A stretch of 63,324 bases of DNA, filler included, from Olpidium bornovanus S191 (GCA_017911155.1; 29 parts of 29 records of this genome joined end to end with filler, not necessarily neighbours in it); one strand, 5' to 3'. Counted from the whole stretch's first letter, positions 37,305-49,223 are shown. Translations and numbers: made by a program. The notes: generated by a model from the sequence alone, not told the origin.

Positions 37305-38883
37305 CGCGGCGGNNNNNNNNNNNNNNNNNNNNNNNNNNNNNNNNNNNNNNNNNNNNTTAATTAATTAANNNNNNNNNNNNNNNNNNNNNNNNNNNNNNNN
37401 NNNNNNNNNNNNCCTCTCCGGATACCACAAAAATCTCGACGGAGACCTCCAATCTCAACAAAAACCTCGCCCGCGTTCGGATACTCTCCATGTCGACGAT
37501 TCGTACCGATGTCCCCAGTGGCAACGCCCAACGGGCCTGCCCTCGATCCCGCCGCCTCCGCCCTTCGACCGCCTCTCGCCCTTTGCCCTGCGCCCTTCGC
37601 CCGCCGTACTTCGCCCGCCGCCCGCCTTCCGTGGCGTCGGTCGACGGGCGGTTCGAGGGCCGTGCTACAGCACACCAGGTGAGAAACTGCTGAAGCACCA
37701 TTCAAAGAAAGACCTGCAACGTGTTGACCCGGCTGTTCTGTGTTGCAGGAGGAGAGGTGGAACAGTTGCTGACCAACAACACTGTTCTTTACCTTTATAT
37801 GCCGGGCGTGGCAGGGGCAGTGGGCGGACCTGGCCCCAGCAGCGGGCAGGGATTACGAGCGGAGGCAATGAAAAAGGGGTCAACCCAGAGCAGGCCCCCT
37901 GCGGCCATAAGCAACTTATACGCACCACTGTTGAGCCTTGCAAAAATTAGTATTATTATGAGCAGATGTTATTTGCAGAAAGCCCTGCTAAGCGGGCATC
38001 TCTTTTTTTTTTTTGCGACCACCGAGGGGGAATGGGGCCCCTTTCTGAAATTAGCTAATGAAAATGGGAGTCGGCTAGCTATTCAACGGGCGAGAAGCCA
38101 AAACAGGGGAACTACTTGAAGTGGAAAGGGGGTCGGGTCAGCACCCCCCCCAAAAGCCCATGGGGGACACGCCAGAAACGGCCGCGGTTGGCAGAAAAGA
38201 CGCGCGTCTTCTGTTGACCAATGAAATCACGAATTACGTAACAGGGGCTTCTTTCCTTTTCAAAGCTTAACCTAAACTGTAAACTCTGTTATGTTTTGTT
38301 CAGACAGCACCACCCCGATTTTACTAAGTAACCCGGCATAAAAACCATCCCCCTTCGCCTGAACCACAACACACTGCGTCAAAGGTGACGTTTGACCTGC
38401 CAGATCACACTTCGTCATCATGCAGCTGACGGGGAATGACCAGGAAGAAGTTTAAGACCTGGTCAGATAATTTCTAACGAGGACGGACGGTGATTGGCGC
38501 CCTTGAAAAGGGGGAAGGGGAGAAGGGTGTCCAAAGAGTCCCTCCTCCTCCCGCCTGTGGGTGTAGCTGTGGGAGTGTGCACCTGCGGGAGCGGGTGACA
38601 GTTAACCGACCAACCCTGGCCACCCGTGGCCGCTGTGCGTTCAGAAAGTTTCCCGTTGCCNNNNNNNNNNNNNNNNNNNNNNNNNNNNNNNNNNNNNNNN
38701 NNNNTTAATTAATTAANNNNNNNNNNNNNNNNNNNNNNNNNNNNNNNNNNNNNNNNNNNNCTCCACCGTCAGCGACCAGGGCTCGTATGCGCCAAGCGCA
38801 ATCCGTCTGCCCCGTTTTCTTTTCCAACAACTTCCTAGCGTCTAAACTCCTTGCACGCGTTCTCTTATGGTCATTGCATGCGT

Positions 38884-39543
38884 TCATTCTCTTATCGTCA
38901 AACCGATTGCGTCGAGCTCTGCCAGATACCTGACAAAACCACCACCCCCGCGCGATCACCAAAAATGTCAACGCAGAACAAATGAGAATAATACACGACA
39001 CCGACCGCAACATAAGCATTGACTAACAGAAGTAACAGAAAAAAACAGCAAGGAAAATGAGAAACGCACCGCTTGTTTTCGGCGTCTATGAAGCCCGCCA
39101 GCTCCCTCCTACGCAGCTCCAAGGTCTCTTCACGTAGCGCCTGATTGGCGTAGATCATCCTGGTGCGGGCGTGGTGCCGTTTTGCAAGGCGAAGGACGGG
39201 CAAAGTATCATAGGACTCGCGCCCGTCAGAGGCCAAATTGACCTGTAAAAATTTCTGTCCCTTTTCTCGCACACGTGCCTCTGAACGGTGTGGTACGCCT
39301 CGCGGACTTCGCAGCGACGTTGAGAGTTGTTCATCCAGTTGGCGACGACACGGGCCTCCTTATTCCTGAAACGGCGACGATGAAAAACCGCGTATATGGA
39401 GGGAAGCGGCCCGCACGGGCACATTCCGCGGGGGGTGGGCGTGATTGCAACTGAGAACCCGGAATGTCTTACTCGCTTGCAACCTCGAGAGCCGCAGTGA
39501 GCTTCTTTTCTTCCTTTAATATGAGGCCGCGCGGTTTCGGCAT
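38884..39543 (-). CDS. CFAP141/FAP141-like small axonemal microtubule-inner protein (exons 39543-39473, 39365-about 39273, about 39159-39070, 38929-38884)
   Basis: The spliced product of about 92-98 aa ends LELRRRELAGFIDAENKRYLAELDAIGLTIRE*. As recalled, this is in register with the CFAP141 C-terminus (L..R...L......E...Y..EL...G). The exon 2/3 junction is ambiguous. Confidence 0.55.
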
Positions 39544-40509
39544 TCCAAAGCATGAGAATCGTAGCAAACGGAAGTAAAAAAATGAAAAAAAAACGGCGAC
39601 AGACTGAAACCGCCGCTGCGCACCTGGACCCTCTTTATGAACTTGAGCTCGCCCTTCTTTAGGCCTCGGCCGAAAGCAGCCGGATGACGCATCGGGCCCG
39701 CCGGCCGGCCTATGAAGCGAGAATCCCTCGCAAATCCACCTGCACGCTTCTTGTTCGGACGAGCCTTTTCGCTCAAGGCTTCAATGTGCTAGAATGTTCT
39801 GCGGCACCAGGTAAACGAACGTGGGCGGTCGCGCCGGGGTAGTTCGGGGTGGATTGCGGAAACTGCGGTTGGGAATATTTGTTGACTGGCGGGAATTTAG
39901 CGCAAAGCCAACCTCAGGATCGCGGCACGGGGCAAAAGGTGACATCCAGGGCCACGGCAACGGCACTAATCGAGATGATCGGGGGACTTTGGCACCGTAC
40001 CGGCGTTGCCTTTTTCCTCGCTGCCGGAGTTGCGTGACAGTTTCCAGTACAGTAGCTTCCACAGCGTCAGCCTTTCCGACATCGGAGAACGGCACCGTCA
40101 CACACACCGACGCGTTCACCTGATGCGGCGCCGCGATACTAATTCGATAATGTTGACTCCGCCCGCCCCGTGCGCTGGCGATCCAGTGGCCTGAACGTCC
40201 TGCGACGGACATCCACGCAATGCCGACCAAACCAACAACCCAAATTGAACAAACATTTGCGCAAACCGATTACGGGTAGATTTTTTTCTTTGGTTGTTAC
40301 ATTGAGGGGTTGACTACCTTTGTTACGATCGGCTCTGAGAAGCGATTTCTCCGCTCGAAAAAGCTGGCGGCATGCCNNNNNNNNNNNNNNNNNNNNNNNN
40401 NNNNNNNNNNNNNNNNNNNNTTAATTAATTAANNNNNNNNNNNNNNNNNNNNNNNNNNNNNNNNNNNNNNNNNNNNCCGGCTGCATAAGCTGATCTGGTC
40501 TGCCGCAGT

Positions 40510-40984
40510 ACCGCCCGCCTGCGTGCTCGCGCGGGCGGACTTCGTGGTGACCCTTCTGGCCGACCCGGACTCGACGGAGCTCGTGCGCCGGGTCATGGAC
40601 GAGCTCTGGGACGTGTGCGCGGCCGAGCTGGGCCGGGAACCCTTTCCCCGTTCGCGCGGCCTCGCCGGCCGCGACGCCCTTTCCACGTGGCAGGCCTCCA
40701 TCTTTCCGCCGGACGTCGTCCCGAACTGCGCCGACCAGTTCATCGCCTACTCTCGCAACGTCGGCGACCACCCGCCCAGCCTCGTCGTCGACTTCAACGT
40801 CGGCCGCGACTGCGAGGTCGACGTCACCGTCGGCGCCGCCGTTGAGTTGGCTCAGAAGCACGGCCTCGACACCCCCTCCCTGGACGCGGTCCACCTGCTG
40901 CTGCGAGCGGCGATCAGGAGCAGGAAATCGCGAAAGTTCTCTCCGCCGCGTCCGCGGTCGCCAGACCGCGGAAACGGGCGGTAA
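40510..40984 (+). CDS. Ketopantoate reductase (PanE/ApbA) family, last exon
   Basis: LVRRVMDELWDVCAAE...PSLVVDFNVGRDCEVDVTVGAAVELAQKHGLDTPSLDAVHLLL matches ApbA_C (PSM.QD...GR..E.....G.....A...G..TP). Confidence 0.75.
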
Positions 40985-42887
40985 ATAGAACGGGGTTCTG
41001 CACAGAGTCGCGGCATGCAAGTTAAGGGGCCTGGCGGGCGCCCCAGGGCGACTTCGCTACGTTGATTTGATGGTCATCGCGCAACGAGCCCGCGCGCCCT
41101 TGCCCGGATTGGCTACCTCTTCTGCAAGCCGTCGTGCCGGATCTCCTGTCGCCCGCCGTCTTCGGGGGACCCTCCATCGCATCAAGCCGGCGGAACAGCG
41201 GGTGCCCTACGTCGCCTGGGCACCGTGCGTCCCTGGCGGCTCAGTCGTGGAGGGGAAGGGAAAAGGGGAGGGGAAGAGAGGCATCAGGAAAATGATAATT
41301 TTCGTCATTAAGAAACAAACGGCGGATTTTTCTGGTTTATCGCAAGCACTCCGAGGCAAAATGAACGTTCGCGACACCCTGTGGAATAAGCCCCGCATGA
41401 GACCGTCGTGGAAGCGCACCACGGGAAAACGAGCTCGTAGTCTCTTCCCGGCGGCAGCGCGAAGCTAGAAACGCGTAGGTCGACTGATGCTGTGGAACAA
41501 ATGAGGAAAGCGTGCGNNNNNNNNNNNNNNNNNNNNNNNNNNNNNNNNNNNNNNNNNNNNTTAATTAATTAANNNNNNNNNNNNNNNNNNNNNNNNNNNN
41601 NNNNNNNNNNNNNNNNCATGGAGACACGGTAAAAAATGACTCGGGTTCGTGGGCTCTGCGGCACTTGGGCGCAGGATGGGGCTGGGACGGAGGGCGAAGG
41701 CCCTCTTTAGTAATCCAGGCCCTCGGACCGACACCCACCTGCCCTTTGCTTTACAGGGCGCCGTTGAACCGGCGTGGGCTGCGGCCGCCCCTCGCCGAGG
41801 CGCACGCTGACCGCGCGAATCGACGGTCGCGAGGTCGGGGTCGTGCCGTCCAAAGATTCCACGGCGTCGAGCCGCGACTCGCCGGGCCCTCGCACAACTC
41901 CCCTCAAAGAGAAAATTCGCTCGACCCTCACACACGAGCACACCGCCCGAAGGGGCGACTCCTCCCGCCCGCGGTGTTGGGAACGTGCACCATTCGATCC
42001 GGACCAGTAAATGGAATAATATAAACAAATGCACAACGGTCATAAAAGTTTCCGGGAGTGTGAGGAAAAGTTGGGCCGCGAGTGGCTGACCCCAGCAGCT
42101 CGACAAAAACTGGAGAAATTTTCTTCTTCGGCGAACGTGACGGACCTTCAGTTCGTCCGTTTGCCGGTTCTGCGTGGGCGGCGCAAATAATAAGGGCCGC
42201 GTTTTCCGGGAAAACCGTCGGTGGGGGGAAAATCAAAAGAAGGCGGGAGAAAGGTCGGCTGCCGAGGACCGCCACGCACGGGGTGGGGGTGGGGGTCCCT
42301 CACGCGCTCCCCTTTCGTCAAATTAGATGAAGTTTGACCGGACGTGAAGAACGTCGCCTCCCCCCCCCCACCCCGAGAGCGCAACACCCGAAAAAGGTTC
42401 CGTCCCCCTCACCCCTCCTCCGTCTTCCTCCTGTCAAACCCCCGCCGCGCGGGGCTTCCGCAGGACTCCACGAACGTCTCCTCGACGCGGAAGCCAGGAC
42501 AGCCACTGTCCGCGATGGACGAGCGCGTCGACCCGTACGGGCGGGAGTGTAGGGCGAAGGGAAGGGGGTTAGGATGGAGAGTAGGGGCCCGCAATGTGTT
42601 CGGCATTCAAAGGGAGTCGGGCGCCGAAGTAATGTCACCTGCTTCGCTTTCTTGCGAAGAACGTACCGTTGTTGCGGGAACGAGTGGACCCGTCATCCAA
42701 GCGGCAGGATTCGGGCGGTTGATTGGCCCCCCAGACGTGCGGAAGCGGCGTGCGGCAAGTGGTGCCATATCAACCGCCCCGACGCCGTTTTTCCGCGGTG
42801 AGCCGTCTCAACGGCGCGCCCCGAGGAAAAACGCCCCTTCCCCTCCCTCCCCCTCTTCCCGCGTCCCCTCCCCCATGGCCGGGTTCG

Positions 42888-43853
42888 TCACCTGTGGTTG
42901 GGGATGAGACCGGCGAAGCGTCCCAGCGCCTGCCGGAAACCGTTACGGGGTTTCGCAGGGGGCGCGATTCCCGCGGCGGCGGTCATGGCGGCGTCGCCCT
43001 TGCTCCAGAATAGCAGCGCCCTGTCGGTAGCGCCGTCGATGCGCGCCGACGGGGGTTTCGGGGGCCGGCCGGGCCACACGTCGTCGCGGTCCAGGACGAG
43101 CACGCGCCCGCGCGGGTTCATCTTGGCGAGAACGGCCTTCATGAAGGTCTTGGTGTTGTCGGGGGCGAAGTCCGTGAGGACGTGGCTGAGGACGACCAGG
43201 TCCGCGCCGGCGACGGCGGCGTCGCCCGCGCCGCCGCCGCCGCCATGATGCTCGCCTCTGTAGTCCGCGCAGACGAACCGGTAGCCAAGGCCGGCGGAGC
43301 AGGCTGCGCTCCAAGCGGGCTGCGAGTCGACGGCGGTGAACGTCGGCGACGGCGCGTCCCGGCGGGCGCGCGGGTAGAAGACGCGCAGGAAAAGGTCCGC
43401 CCCAAACAGGTCGCAGCCGGGACCCGCGCCGCACGACACGACGCGAGGCGGGGGGGCGCCGGCGCCGGCGGCGCGCAGGTGCGAAAACGCCGGCGGGAAA
43501 GCGGCGTCGGCGGCGGCCAGGGCGTCAAACGCCAAGCGCGCCCGCGGGACGAAGAGCTCCTGCACGTAGCGGTGGCGGAAGCCGGCGTGCTCGTAGGCGC
43601 CGGAAGACCAGAAGAAGCCGCCCCAGGCGCGGAACCGCTCTTCGCCGTCGAGCAGCTCCGCCTCGGACGGGGGGAAGGAGGCGCGCAGGACGGCGTCGCG
43701 CGCCTTTTCGGCGGACAGCGTCACGTAGTCCTCGAGGACCGCGGCGGGGACGGTAACGAAGCCGGGGATCGGCGCCGGCGAGGAGACGGGAAGGCCGGGG
43801 AGCGCCCTTTCGGACGCGCCGTCGGCGGCGCGCTGGAGGGACGGGAGGCGCAT
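42888..43853 (-). CDS. Class I SAM-dependent methyltransferase, unknown substrate
   Basis: Motif I RVVSCGAGPGCD, acidic motif II FTAVD, DLVVLSHVL, and KMNPRGRVLVLDR. The stop at 42888 overlaps an AG|GTGA donor, so the gene may continue. Confidence 0.75.
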   Translation of the reverse strand: MRLPSLQRAADGASERALPGLPVSSPAPIPGFVTVPAAVLEDYVTLSAEKARDAVLRASFPPSEAELLDGEERFRAWGGFFWSSGAYEHAGFRHRYVQELFVPRARLAFDALAAADAAFPPAFSHLRAAGAGAPPPRVVSCGAGPGCDLFGADLFLRVFYPRARRDAPSPTFTAVDSQPAWSAACSAGLGYRFVCADYRGEHHGGGGGAGDAAVAGADLVVLSHVLTDFAPDNTKTFMKAVLAKMNPRGRVLVLDRDDVWPGRPPKPPSARIDGATDRALLFWSKGDAAMTAAAGIAPPAKPRNGFRQALGRFAGLIPNHR

Positions 43854-44826
43854 GTGTCGTCCGCGATACGGTGGGCGGCGCCTCCTTCCCTCATCCCCCC
43901 GGCGGGGTTTCTTCTCGCCGCCCCACTGGCCAGACCCGAGCCGAAGGGAGGCCGGGGAAAAGAGCGATCGTCCGTCTTCTGCTCCGTCTGTCGTCCGCGC
44001 AAACTTCAAAAACCCTTTTCCTCCCCGGGCCGCGAAGCGACGGAATGTCGGAGAGACGCCCGGCGATCAGCCCGTCCGGCCGCTCTAAAAGGATGCCCTC
44101 GCGGCGCGAGAGCACGCCAAACCCCCATCCCCGCGGGCGTTCCACTCAATAACCACGGGCGGGCTTTCACTCTCGCGCCGGTTCACGTGTGTCGGTGCAT
44201 GACAAAACCCCTCGTCTTCGCCTTCCCCAGCCCTCTTTGGCCCGTTCTCTTCTTCCTCGCCCTCTTCTTCGCTCTTTTCGTCTTCGTCTTCTTGATCATC
44301 CTTCTTCGCCGATGCCGTCGTCCAGCGCCTCCGTCGCCGAGGGGGCGACGACGCCGTCCACGCCGCCGGGCGGCCCCGGACCCGGAGCTCGACGCGACGC
44401 CGCAGCGTGAACGCGTTGGAGTGGACCTCCTCGCTCCGGTCGACGACCATCCAGCGCGCTTGCCCATGAGCTCAACTTCGCGAGCTCACGCGTTCCGCAC
44501 GGCCAGGAATCCGCCGAAAGCAACTGTGCGTGAAATCAGCGGTTGTAAGACGGCTTTGGTGTACAATTCCCCCCTTCCTTCACCCCCTTTTTCCCCTCCC
44601 CATCTTTCCCGCCCAACGACCGCTCCCACACCTCCCCNNNNNNNNNNNNNNNNNNNNNNNNNNNNNNNNNNNNNNNNNNNNTTAATTAATTAANNNNNNN
44701 NNNNNNNNNNNNNNNNNNNNNNNNNNNNNNNNNNNNNAGTCACGAGGCCCCTTGCAGAGACGGGAGCGTTTGCCCACCCCCCTCCCCCCCCCCCCCCCCC
44801 CCCCTCCCCCCCCCCCCCCGCCGCCC

Positions 44827-44857
<31 letters not shown>

Positions 44858-45268
44858 TTCCCTCCGCACGCCCGGGGGAAAGGAGGAGGGAAGGGGTGGG
44901 TCTTGAGCCTTGTGCCAGCCACGTGGGAGAAAGGGGGGGAGGAAGGGCGGGGTGGACGGGAGGGGCTCCGAGAAGCAAAAATATCCACATATATATATTA
45001 AAAAAAAACGCCCCCGGCGTCCTGTGCGTGTGCGCGAGCGAGAGTGTGTGTGCCGCATTTCACATTTCTCACCTCACTCTCCCCTCCTCTCTCTCCTTTT
45101 CTCTTTCTGGCGGCGCCGAGATTCGAAATTTCAAATTAAACCTACAAACCCCCCGAGGTCCGTTGCCGGTAAAGAATTTTCGACCCCACCACACGCTCAT
45201 ACGCCCCCCCACCTTGAATTCGCCCGCACGAGACGAACAACAACAACAAGAAAAGGATAAGGAAAGCC

Positions 45269-46456
45269 ATGAGAATTTATCGGTTTTCGCTTCTGGCGGC
45301 GCTCGCTCTCAGCGCCGCCGCCTTCCACCCCGCCGAGGCGCGGTGCACCGACGCCTCCCACGCCGGCGATGCACAGTGCGCCGCCACGGAGTTCCTGCCC
45401 GCGGCCGTCCCGTCCCACCGCATGCTGATGCGCCGCAGCCTCTCCGCTTTCGCCAAGGTCGTCGCAAAGCCGTTTTCCCGCGCGAAGGTACACCCGGGCC
45501 CCGTCGCCGCGCCGTTTGGCAAGAACGCGGACAAAGCCGCGCTCCTCGCCTCCGAGCTGAAGTACATGAAACTGTCGACGGCAGAGGTGCAAAAAGCCGT
45601 GCTCCGCCAGGAATCCAAGCTGTTGCAAGCGGAGACCTCGTTCATACAAGCCAACAAGCACCTTAAGGACCTGCAACTGCGCAATGCCCCCCGCGCTGAA
45701 ATCTTGCAAGCGGAGGCGGCCAAGAATGCCGCCAGCGCTGCCGTGCGCGCGGGAGAAAAAGAGCTCACAGCCCTCACCACTCGACTGAATTCCGGGCTGC
45801 GCGAAATCACCGCGAAGGCGAAAACCCGCGTGGTTCAGTTCAAGTCTGGCGCGCCGCAAATTGACAAAGCAGTGACCAAAGAGCAGGCGGAAAAACTCGC
45901 AGCCCAGCTGGACCTCAAGCAGCTGAAGGGGAACCTCGCTAACGCAGAGTTGACGTTGAAATTAAACACCCCGGCCGCCCAAAAGGCTCTTCGCGAGTTT
46001 ACCGAACAAAGCACTAAAGCGGACGATGCGATGAGAGCGTTAGAGCAGGCAAACACGAAGTTCCTTGATCTTGGGCCGAGCGCGAGCCCCGCAGCTGTGT
46101 TGGACGCGAGGCGAGCCCTGGACGCAGCTCGGCAATTGCAGGTAGATGAAGCAGGAAAGCTCAGTGCCTTAACCAAGAATCTCCCAAACGAAGTTGATCG
46201 TTCAGTGTTGACGACCATCGCAAAGAACGAGAGGATCTTGCTGTCAAGCGACCCCGCGAAGTTGGGTAGTCTGATTCCCGGACCCCTCGACATCGCCGGT
46301 TCAAAGGTCATCTCGAAAGAGGTGGCGGAAGCCAATGTTGCGCAGCTGAAAAAGGCAGTCGAGCAGGCGGAAAAGCGACTGGCTGACGCTACCAACGCCG
46401 TACTCAAGAAAAAGCAAGACCCCAACGTGCTTGAAACAGGATTAAGAAGTGCCTGA
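45269..46456 (+). CDS. Secreted intronless alpha-helical protein (395 aa), effector candidate
   Basis: Signal peptide MRIYRFSLLAALALSAAAFHPAEA, two-Cys leader, HRMLMRR dibasic site, and an A/K/L/E-rich helical body with an internal repeat. Confidence 0.85.
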   Translation: MRIYRFSLLAALALSAAAFHPAEARCTDASHAGDAQCAATEFLPAAVPSHRMLMRRSLSAFAKVVAKPFSRAKVHPGPVAAPFGKNADKAALLASELKYMKLSTAEVQKAVLRQESKLLQAETSFIQANKHLKDLQLRNAPRAEILQAEAAKNAASAAVRAGEKELTALTTRLNSGLREITAKAKTRVVQFKSGAPQIDKAVTKEQAEKLAAQLDLKQLKGNLANAELTLKLNTPAAQKALREFTEQSTKADDAMRALEQANTKFLDLGPSASPAAVLDARRALDAARQLQVDEAGKLSALTKNLPNEVDRSVLTTIAKNERILLSSDPAKLGSLIPGPLDIAGSKVISKEVAEANVAQLKKAVEQAEKRLADATNAVLKKKQDPNVLETGLRSA

Positions 46457-46864
46457 AAAGGTTTGGCCGAATTAAAGGGAACGTCTGCTATTTTAAATCG
46501 GACTCCGAAAAGTCGAGGCCGCGGAACGCCGGGAAGATCGAAGTTGGACCGGACCCCAGACCTCGGACAAAACTGGAGCGACCGCCGAAATGGCGTTTGA
46601 CGGAGCCCACAAACAAATGAAGTGATTTATTTAAGAAATACTATCTGAAATTTAACGATATTCAATAGCCGCAGCCAAAGGAGAGCAGATAGGTCGCCAC
46701 ACTTTGCATGNNNNNNNNNNNNNNNNNNNNNNNNNNNNNNNNNNNNNNNNNNNNTTAATTAATTAANNNNNNNNNNNNNNNNNNNNNNNNNNNNNNNNNN
46801 NNNNNNNNNNCAAACGCTACTGGTTGGGCGCCCCGAAAAGCCGCGGGGACCCCCTTTTAGAGAA

Positions 46865-46903
<39 letters not shown>

Positions 46904-46954
46904 AAACAAAAACATTTAGACGCACACGCGGGTGCGTTTGACGCGCGCCGGATC

Positions 46955-49223
46955 ATGCGCTTTCTCGGTTTCGCGCCCCGCCTGGCCTTCGCGGCGGCCT
47001 TTGTCCCAGCGGTCCGCGCCGCCGCGGTTCCGGTTTCGGTCGAAGGGGCCGCCGTCACCCCCGAAACGACCCCTCTGCCCGACGTCGGGGAAGCGATACC
47101 CAACAGCAACCTCATCTTTCTCAAGCCCGGGGCCGACAACGAAAGGTTCAAGACGTGGATCCAAGGGTTGGTCGCCGACGCCACCACGGGGGAGATCACG
47201 ATCGCGGATATTGGGGCCACCGGAGGCAACGACATCGCTCCGACGAACACCGAAGGCAGCGTCCCCGATCCTGTGAGCACCGGAGCCGTCACCACTTCAG
47301 TGGCCCCAGTTATCGAGAGGGAAATAAACGTAGAAGCAGCCGACCTATCAGTGATCTCCGGAAACTTCGACAATGCTCTCGTTGAGTTGGTAAAGGCTCG
47401 CCCCGAGGTTGCTGGCGTGTTCCCAAACTTGGTTCACAGCATCATGGGTACCCAAGCAAACCCGCCAAACCAGGGGCTTCCTCGAATCTCGTTTCGTACG
47501 CCGGGTCATACCGATTACTTCTACCCAGATTCCGCAGGCGAGGGGGTGACTGGTACGTGTTCGGTCATTTTCGCTTTTTGCGGTTTACGCGGGCTTCCGG
47601 TTTGAACCCGAACCCGCGCACGTTTCTCGAAACGATCCCGCAATGGCCTCGCAGTTTACGTCATCGACACGGGTAAGCGGACCGCGCGATTCTGCTTCAG
47701 AATCATTGCGGTACACGGGGAGATTTCAACGTTCTTCTTGCCGCTTCACTGCCCGATCAGGAATCAGGGTGACCCACAATGATTTCGAGGGCCGGGCGTC
47801 TTTTGGTGTCACGACTGTCAGCAACACGGCGAACGCGAACGACGACCACGGCCACGGCACCCACGTCGGCGCTATCGTTGCCGGGGCGACGTTCGGCGTG
47901 GCGAAGAAGGCGAACCTCGTCGCCGTGAAGGTGTGCTCGGCCAACGGGAAGTGCACCACACTGGACATCCTCGAAGGAATTTTCTGGGCGATGTCCGACG
48001 CCGGCAGCAAGCCCCCGGGGAAGTACCTCGCGAACCTGAGCATCGGGGGCTCGCCCGACGCCGCCATGGACCTGGCGGTGCAGATCGCGATGGACGCGGG
48101 GATGCCTTTCGCCGTGGCCGCCGGGAACAACGCCGTCGACGCCTGCACGGTGTCGCCGGGGAGGATTCCGGGCGCGGTGACGGTGGCCGCGTCGGGCCCG
48201 CAGGACCTGATGGCGAACTTCTCCAACTTCGGGGCGTGCGTGGACGTCGTGGCCCCCGGCGTGTCCATCCTGTCCGCCTCGAACGCCGGCGACGACGCCG
48301 CGGCAACCCGCTCCGGCACGTCGATGAGCAGCCCTTTCGCGGCCGGCGTCCTCGCGCTGATTGCCGGTCAGAACAGCTTTACCGCCCAGCAGCTCACCAA
48401 CGCCGTCGTCCAGATGGCGACCACAGACGCCGTCCAAAATTTGACGGCCGGGACCCCCAACGTCCTGCTCTTCAATGGAGGGTCGCCCGAGGCGAACACT
48501 GCATCGATTATCGCGTCGACTTCGGGCAACGGCGTTTCAACGGCGACCACGGATGCGCTCACATCAGCCATCGCTACTGCACTCACGTCGACAACTGACG
48601 AACTCACATCGACCGCCGACGCACTCACATCGACCGCCGACGCACTCACATCGACCGCCGACGCACTCACATCTACCGCCGACGCACTGACATCGACCGC
48701 CGACGCACTCACATCGACCGCCGACGCACTCACATCGACCGCCGACGCACTCACATCGACCGCCGACGCACTCACATCAACCCCCGACGCACTCACATCG
48801 ACCCCCGACGGACTCACATCGACCGACGAGGCACTAACATCGACCGCCGATGCACCCACATCGACCCCCGACGCACTCACATCGACCCCTGCCGCACTCA
48901 CATCGACCGCCGACGCACTCACATCGACCGCCGACGCACTCACATCGACTGCCGACGCACCCACATCAACCACCTCTACCACCAATGTCGCCACATTGAA
49001 CACCGATGCTCCCACATCAACCACCGATGTGCTAACGTTGACCACAGATGCACCCTCATCATCTACTGATGCACCCACATCAACCTCAGATGCGCCCTCG
49101 TCAAACACAGCGGGGGCTTTCATTCAAAATGTAGTTCTCTCCGAGGCAGAATCGACGACGGCTAGTCAATTTTCTTTCAGAAAAATTCTGAGGTACCGTA
49201 GGCCCATCCAGTTTCAAACCTAG
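46955..49223 (+). CDS. Secreted subtilisin-like (S8, proteinase K-type) protease with I9-like propeptide and Thr-rich C-terminal stalk (exons 46955-47552, 47655-47672, 47761-about 49223)
   Basis: Signal peptide; catalytic triad VYVIDTG / GHGTHV / SGTSMSSP. The 3' end may splice at AG|GTACC near 49193. Confidence 0.93.
48579..48960 (+). repeat. Coding tandem repeat, 21 bp (ALTSTAD) x about 18
   Basis: GCACTCACATCGACCGCCGAC units in frame within the subtilase. Confidence 0.95.

Noticed and set aside
42898-44693. Long antisense or overlapping ORFs (for example 43182-44693 +, 59923-61182 -, 25946-26959 +, 48368-49123 -)
   Set aside because: Arg/Ala/Pro/Gly-rich shadow frames of GC-rich genes or of the tandem repeat; no independent motifs.
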